Source: an uncultured Christensenellaceae bacterium
Lineage (GTDB): Bacteria > Bacillota > Clostridia > Christensenellales > UBA3700
Direction of reading: 5' to 3'
NCBI GenBank assembly: GCA_944376205.1
Contig: CALWBV010000003.1
Location: 101,678-165,677 of the forward strand
DNA: 64,000 bases
Shown here: positions 59,572 to 64,000 of the stretch, one piece after another
Numbering within the stretch: position 1 is the first letter of the stretch
Layout: every line of letters begins with the position of its first letter
Made by a program: the position numbers and the translations under genes
Notes under the pieces: generated by a model
Databases searched by the model: none
What the model saw: the letters and a program-made list of their open reading frames with translations, nothing else
What the model was told of the DNA's origin: nothing

Positions 59572-59955
59572 ATGGATATATTCAAAATAATAGGCATTGC
59601 AATCGTTGGAGCGATATGTACGCTTATCCTTAAAAACACTCAATCGCAATATGCGGCATTGTCTACGCTTGCGACAGGCATAATCATACTTATAATAGCG
59701 CTTTCGTCGTTTACCAAAGTCATATTGTCCTTTCAGGCTATAATCGACAAAACAGGAGTTGACAACGAAATCTTTGCCAGTCTTTTGAAAATCATCGGAA
59801 TAGGGTATCTTACCGAATACAGTCAAAGCGTTTGTGTGGATCTCGGATGCGAAAGCATAGGTAAAAAGCTCTCTTTTGCAGGTAAAATAGCGATTTTTCT
59901 ATTGGCGTTGCCTATAATAGAAAGCCTGATAAACGTGGTAATAGAAATATTATGA
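59572..59955 (+). CDS. spoIIIAD: stage III sporulation protein AD
   Basis: 127-aa membrane protein: MDIFKIIGIAIVGAI...LKIIGIGYLTEY... Confidence 0.85.
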   Translation: MDIFKIIGIAIVGAICTLILKNTQSQYAALSTLATGIIILIIALSSFTKVILSFQAIIDKTGVDNEIFASLLKIIGIGYLTEYSQSVCVDLGCESIGKKLSFAGKIAIFLLALPIIESLINVVIEIL

Positions 59956-61169
59956 TAAGACAAAGACAAACAACACATATCGCATATTTTTGTATATTAA
60001 TACTGATTTTTTCATTGGTATCCGTGTTATTTTCGGATACCAAAGCTGTATGTCTTGCCGAAAGCGAAAAAGACGCCGAAGAAATATTGGGAGAAAACGT
60101 CGACGACAACCTCGAAAATATAGATATGTCTCAACTAGACAAGCTTCTTTCGACTCTGACTGATGATTTTAAGACGCTTTTCGGAGACGACGTCGCAAAC
60201 ACTGCAAAAGAGATAATTCACGGCAACTATACAGGCGATTTCAACGAATTTTTTGCAGTACTTTTAAGCGGGATATCCAAGAGCGTGCTCGACATATTGC
60301 CGACAATATTAACCATAGTGGCAATTGCAGTATTATATAGTCTTTTAGGCGGATTTACTTCAGGATTTATTCAAAAACCTACCGAAAAACTCATATATTT
60401 CGCTACTTACAGCACAATGATACTTATCGTTATGGTCGAGGTTGGGGGAGTAATTAAACTCACTACTGATACTATAACTAATGTAAAGACGCTGATGGAA
60501 GGAATTTTTCCAATTCTTCTTACACTTACAACTTTGTTGGGAGGAGTAACCTCGTCTGCGGTATTCAAGCCAATGATGACAACGCTTGTAACTTTTATTA
60601 CCGTGTTTGTCTCGAATATAGTCATTCCTATGTTTATTGCGGCTATATCTTTCAGTATTGTAGGTAATTTGACAAAAAGCGTAAAATTAGATAAGTTGAC
60701 AGACTTTTTCAAATCTTCAGCGACTTATATACTCGGAGGAGTATTCGGCATTTTCATAGCATTTCTAACTTTTCAGGGACTTACAGGAGGAGTAATCGAC
60801 AGCATATCCGTCAAAACCGCTAAATTTGCCATGCAGAGCTATATACCTATTTTAGGAGGATATTTGTCTGACGGATTCGATCTTATGATGGCAAGTATTG
60901 TGCTAATAAAAAATTCGATCGGAGTCATAGGACTTTTAATGCTGCTTTCTATCATTGCTTTGCCTACGGTAAAGATAATATTGTTATCTTTAGGACTTAA
61001 ATTGGCAAGCGGCATAATCGAACCTATAAGCGACAGCAAGTTCAGCAAGATGTTGTCGAATATATCATCTAATATGACTTTACTTATAATTTCTCTTGTC
61101 GGAGTAGGTTTTATGTTTTTACTTACGGTAATGATGGTCATCTATACTTGCAACGGAGGAGTATTATGA
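59952..61169 (+). CDS. spoIIIAE: stage III sporulation protein AE
   Basis: 405 aa with a signal/TM segment, a soluble segment and then about 7 TM. ATGA overlap with spoIIIAD. Confidence 0.85.
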   Translation: MIRQRQTTHIAYFCILILIFSLVSVLFSDTKAVCLAESEKDAEEILGENVDDNLENIDMSQLDKLLSTLTDDFKTLFGDDVANTAKEIIHGNYTGDFNEFFAVLLSGISKSVLDILPTILTIVAIAVLYSLLGGFTSGFIQKPTEKLIYFATYSTMILIVMVEVGGVIKLTTDTITNVKTLMEGIFPILLTLTTLLGGVTSSAVFKPMMTTLVTFITVFVSNIVIPMFIAAISFSIVGNLTKSVKLDKLTDFFKSSATYILGGVFGIFIAFLTFQGLTGGVIDSISVKTAKFAMQSYIPILGGYLSDGFDLMMASIVLIKNSIGVIGLLMLLSIIALPTVKIILLSLGLKLASGIIEPISDSKFSKMLSNISSNMTLLIISLVGVGFMFLLTVMMVIYTCNGGVL

Positions 61170-61621
61170 GTACGTGGCTTTTGAGTATAGTGGGAGTGGT
61201 TTCTCTCGGCGTGCTGATTGAGATAATCATGCCGGAAGGTGAGCATAGCAAATACATAAAAGGTATTTTTTCACTGGTAGTCGTATTCGTAATAATCTCG
61301 CCTTTTCCAAAGCTTATCAAAGGAGAAAGTACGTCCGATTTTTTCAGCAGTGAAAGCGTGCAGATATCACAAGACGAAGACAGTTATGAAGCTATTAAAA
61401 ACAATTACCGCAAAAAAGTGGAAAACGGATTCGATTCGATACTTGAAGAATACGGTTTTGAAGACTTGCAGTTTACGATTGAATATGACGAACGGTATAT
61501 ATTGAAAGCCACGACCGTTAAATTTAATAACACAGACGATTACAACGAATCGGATATCGATCAAATAAAACAATTGACTGAAGGATACTTTGGAACAATT
61601 AAAATAGAAAAAGGGGTGTGA
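61166..61621 (+). CDS. spoIIIAF: stage III sporulation protein AF
   Basis: ATGA overlap with spoIIIAE. N-terminus WLLSIVGVVSLGVLIEIIMPEGEHSKYIKGIFSLVVV parallels B. subtilis SpoIIIAF. Confidence 0.8.
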   Translation: MSTWLLSIVGVVSLGVLIEIIMPEGEHSKYIKGIFSLVVVFVIISPFPKLIKGESTSDFFSSESVQISQDEDSYEAIKNNYRKKVENGFDSILEEYGFEDLQFTIEYDERYILKATTVKFNNTDDYNESDIDQIKQLTEGYFGTIKIEKGV

Positions 61622-61622
61622 A

Positions 61623-62039
61623 ATGGTAGAAAAATTAAAAAATTTTGCAAAAAAATGTAAAAAAATAAAAGGTTTTGAAATTATTTGCGCACTGGTCATA
61701 GCCGTGATTGCCATATGCATATATTTTAGTGTAAATGTCCTGAAGGCTAGTCCGCAAGAACAGACAAGCGTATCTGCGAGCGACAGCAAAATTGTAGTCA
61801 GCATCAAAAATCTGTTGTCGCAGATAGACGGAGTAGGAGAGTGTGACGTCCTCGTAACATACAAGCCGTCAGACAGCGAAAATACCGGTGACGATATGGA
61901 TTCAACGGACAATATTCAAGGCGTTGTGGTCGTCGCTCAAGGCGGACAAGACGTACTTGTAAGGATAAAAATAGTCAATGCTTTGTGTACACTTCTGAAT
62001 ATACAGGCAGACGACATACAAATATTTGAAAAGAAATAA
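61623..62039 (+). CDS. spoIIIAG: stage III sporulation protein AG
   Basis: Single TM, then C-terminal GVVVVAQGGQDVLVRIKIVNALCTLLNIQADDIQIF, which is typical of SpoIIIAG. Confidence 0.8.
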   Translation: MVEKLKNFAKKCKKIKGFEIICALVIAVIAICIYFSVNVLKASPQEQTSVSASDSKIVVSIKNLLSQIDGVGECDVLVTYKPSDSENTGDDMDSTDNIQGVVVVAQGGQDVLVRIKIVNALCTLLNIQADDIQIFEKK

Positions 62040-62053
62040 TTTTGGAGGTCATT

Positions 62054-62584
62054 ATGGCAAAAACAGAAAAAGCCGAAAAGGCAAAAAAACTTTCCGCAAA
62101 CGCTAAAAAAGTGTTGGTATTGTGTTGTATGGTAGCACTTTTGGTGGTTACGGGAGTACTCAATTACGTGCTCAACACCCGTCTCAACAATGAGGATCAG
62201 AACGTAATCAACAACAATGAAGAAGACGCTGTCGCAACATTCTTCAGTTCGTACAGAAGCAACAGAGAGACAGCAAGAGCAGAAGAATTCAACTATCTTG
62301 ACGCAATAATCGCTTCTGAAAGCACTAGTGCAGAAGTCAAGGCTACTGCAGAAGAAAAGCAAGTCGAACTTCTTTCTTTCATTGAAAACGAACTTGTACT
62401 CGAAAGCCTTATCAAAGCAAAAGGTTACGACGATGCGGTAGTAACTATGAGCACCAACAATCTCAATGTTATTGTAAACAAAGCAGAACTCACGAGTGAA
62501 GAGGTTTCTAAAATTCTCGGTATCATTCTTGAAGAAACCGATTACACTGCGAGCGAAGTATATATCGTACCTTACACTGTCTGA
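62054..62584 (+). CDS. spoIIIAH: stage III sporulation protein AH
   Basis: GGAGGT SD then ATG 62054. N-terminal TM, then FFSSYRSNRE...ENELVLESLIKAKGYDDAVV (SpoIIIAH/YscJ-like). Confidence 0.8.
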   Translation: MAKTEKAEKAKKLSANAKKVLVLCCMVALLVVTGVLNYVLNTRLNNEDQNVINNNEEDAVATFFSSYRSNRETARAEEFNYLDAIIASESTSAEVKATAEEKQVELLSFIENELVLESLIKAKGYDDAVVTMSTNNLNVIVNKAELTSEEVSKILGIILEETDYTASEVYIVPYTV

Positions 62585-62612
62585 TAGTCAAAATTTTTGC
62601 AATAACCAATAT

Positions 62613-62650
62613 AATGTCGGTCCTTAAAAGCCGACATTTTTCTTTTTTAT
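62613..62650 (+). terminator. intrinsic terminator after spoIIIAH
   Basis: AATGTCGG (62613-62620) pairs with CCGACATT (62631-62638), followed by TTTTCTTTTTT. Confidence 0.75.
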
Positions 62651-62691
62651 ATTATAAATACAACATTGCATATTAATAATTAATATATAAC

Positions 62692-62720
62692 TTGTCAAAA
62701 AGAGTTTGATGTGTTAGAAT
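62692..62720 (+). promoter_or_regulatory. sigma-A promoter of asp23-nusB-folD
   Basis: TTGTCA (62692-62697), 17-nt spacer, TGtTAGAAT extended -10 (62712-62720). Confidence 0.55.
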
Positions 62721-62744
62721 AATATTGGCAAAGGAGGTATTAGT

Positions 62745-63086
62745 ATGGCAAGAGAAGCTAGACCAAACGAAACCTATATCAATATAATATCATCCATTAC
62801 CGGCAGTGCGGCGTCTCAGGTAGAGGGCGTCGTATCCGTGAATTACGGAAGCGATTCGAAAAAAGAGTCTGCGGGCAGGAGAAAAAGAAACAAGGCGATA
62901 GATGTCATTTTGTATGATAACAGATTCGTTAAAATAGAAATATCCGTCAATATATATTACGGATACGTGATTCCTGTCGTAGTCTGCAAACTGCAAGAAA
63001 AAATCAAACAGGAAATAGAAAATTCAACTTTTTATAAAGTCAGCAGCGTAAATGTCAACGTAGTCGGCATTATCGCAAGCAACTGA
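62745..63086 (+). CDS. Asp23/Gls24-family envelope stress protein
   Basis: 113 aa with ...SITGSAASQVEGVVS... and YGYVIPVVVCKLQEKIKQEIE. It lies upstream of nusB, as yqhY does in Bacillus. Confidence 0.8.
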   Translation: MAREARPNETYINIISSITGSAASQVEGVVSVNYGSDSKKESAGRRKRNKAIDVILYDNRFVKIEISVNIYYGYVIPVVVCKLQEKIKQEIENSTFYKVSSVNVNVVGIIASN

Positions 63087-63104
63087 CATACAAAGGATGT
63101 ACAT

Positions 63105-63518
63105 ATGAGCAGAAGAAGTGCAAGAACCAGCGCATATCAATTGATTTTCGAATATCTCTTTACAAGAGAGCTCGATCAAAAAACCTATGAAAAAATGATA
63201 GGTGCCGAAGACATTACCGACGCAGACGTCGATTATATCAAAAAGGTAGTGGACGGCGTACACGAAAATTACGACGAACTTATACAAATTATCGCAGACA
63301 ACAGCAAGAATTTCAGACTTGACAGAATATTCAAGCCCGATCTTGCCGCTTTGCTTCTGGCTACATACGAAATGAAATATATGGACGATATTCCTCTCGC
63401 AGTATCTATTAGCGAAGTCATTGACCTTGTAAAAACGTTCTCTACGGAAAAGAGTAGCGTGTTTGTCAACGGGGTATTGAAAGGCGTATATAATTCACTT
63501 ACAAAAAAAGAGGCGTAA
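63105..63518 (+). CDS. nusB: transcription antitermination factor NusB
   Basis: MSRRSARTSAYQLIFE..., ...DIPLAVSISEVIDLVKTFS...FVNGVL. Confidence 0.9.
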   Translation: MSRRSARTSAYQLIFEYLFTRELDQKTYEKMIGAEDITDADVDYIKKVVDGVHENYDELIQIIADNSKNFRLDRIFKPDLAALLLATYEMKYMDDIPLAVSISEVIDLVKTFSTEKSSVFVNGVLKGVYNSLTKKEA

Positions 63519-63522
63519 CAAC

Positions 63523-64000
63523 ATGTTGATTTTAGGAAAAGAAGTAGCAGCAAAAACTCTCGAAAAAATAACAGAAAATACAATCGAATTTGAAAAAAAA
63601 TATTCCAGAAAACCCACTTTGGCAGTCATTATCGTAGGCGACGATCCCGCATCGCAAACCTATGTTAAAAACAAAATAAACGGTTGCAAACAAGTGGGCT
63701 TCAATTCACTCTCATACGAGTACGAAAACGGCACTCCCGAAGATGAAATAGTAGCAAAAATAAAAGAACTTGCCGATGATAGAAACGTTGACGGCATTCT
63801 TGTTCAATTGCCTTTGCCGAAGGGATACAATGAACAGAGAATTTTGGCAAATATTCCCGACAGCAAGGACGTTGACGGATTCAATGCTTCTAATATCGGC
63901 TGTTTGTGCCTTAACAGACCCCGTACGGTATCTTGTACGCCTTTAGGCGTAATGCACATGCTCGAAAGTACGGGTATCGATCTTGCAGGTAAAAATGCAG
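63523..64000 (+). CDS. folD: bifunctional methylenetetrahydrofolate dehydrogenase/cyclohydrolase FolD, N-terminal fragment (runs off window)
   Basis: Not in the track because there is no stop inside the window. The ATG 63523 frame reads MLILGKEVAAK...PTLAVIIVGDDPASQTYVKNK...VDGILVQLPLP...DVDGF. Confidence 0.9.
   Translation, partial: MLILGKEVAAKTLEKITENTIEFEKKYSRKPTLAVIIVGDDPASQTYVKNKINGCKQVGFNSLSYEYENGTPEDEIVAKIKELADDRNVDGILVQLPLPKGYNEQRILANIPDSKDVDGFNASNIGCLCLNRPRTVSCTPLGVMHMLESTGIDLAGKNA

Overview
This 64-kb window is core chromosome from an endospore-forming Firmicute. It looks Clostridia-like: it has a SCIFF locus, ispG next to the polC slot, spoIIGA-sigE-sigG, pro-sigK and spoIIIAA-AH. 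Every gene I can support is on the + strand.

Gene order: murE(partial)-mraY-murD-ftsW/spoVE-murA-divIB-ftsA-ftsZ; spoIIGA-sigE; a 0.7-kb tandem repeat; sigG-ylmC; nrdR; a small TM ORF; sigK; RNase P RNA; a 2523-aa cyclic-beta-1,2-glucan-synthase-like gene; rarA; an ABC ATPase and permease; ruvX; yebC-proA-ruvC; ruvA-ruvB-queA; tgt; yajC; a YrzE-like gene; the SCIFF precursor and its radical-SAM maturase; rpsB-tsf; pyrH; frr; uppS-cdsA-dxr-rseP-ispG; a PolC-N-terminus/exonuclease-only protein; rimP-nusA-ylxR-ylxQ-infB-rbfA-DHH-truB-ribF; a TIM-barrel protein; an M24 peptidase and efp; a Cys-rich membrane protein; spoIIIAA-AH; asp23-nusB-folD(partial).

I saw no tRNA or rRNA genes, CRISPR arrays, IS elements or prophage genes.

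Most notable observations:
1. An unexplained array of about 4.6 copies of a 150-bp unit, with an inverted left arm, fills the sigE-sigG gap.
2. Six genes share a '-10 hexamer, 6 nt, ATG' layout with no Shine-Dalgarno (SD), which suggests leaderless mRNAs. One is spoIIGA, whose promoter also has the 22-bp spacer and 0A-box layout known from B. subtilis spoIIG.
3. A 57-aa SCIFF precursor is absent from the ORF track.
4. A giant GT84/GH94-type glucan-synthase-like gene is present.
5. A polymerase-less PolC-like protein sits where polC normally is.

All calls come from reading the sequence and remembering family motifs. No searches or folding programs were run.
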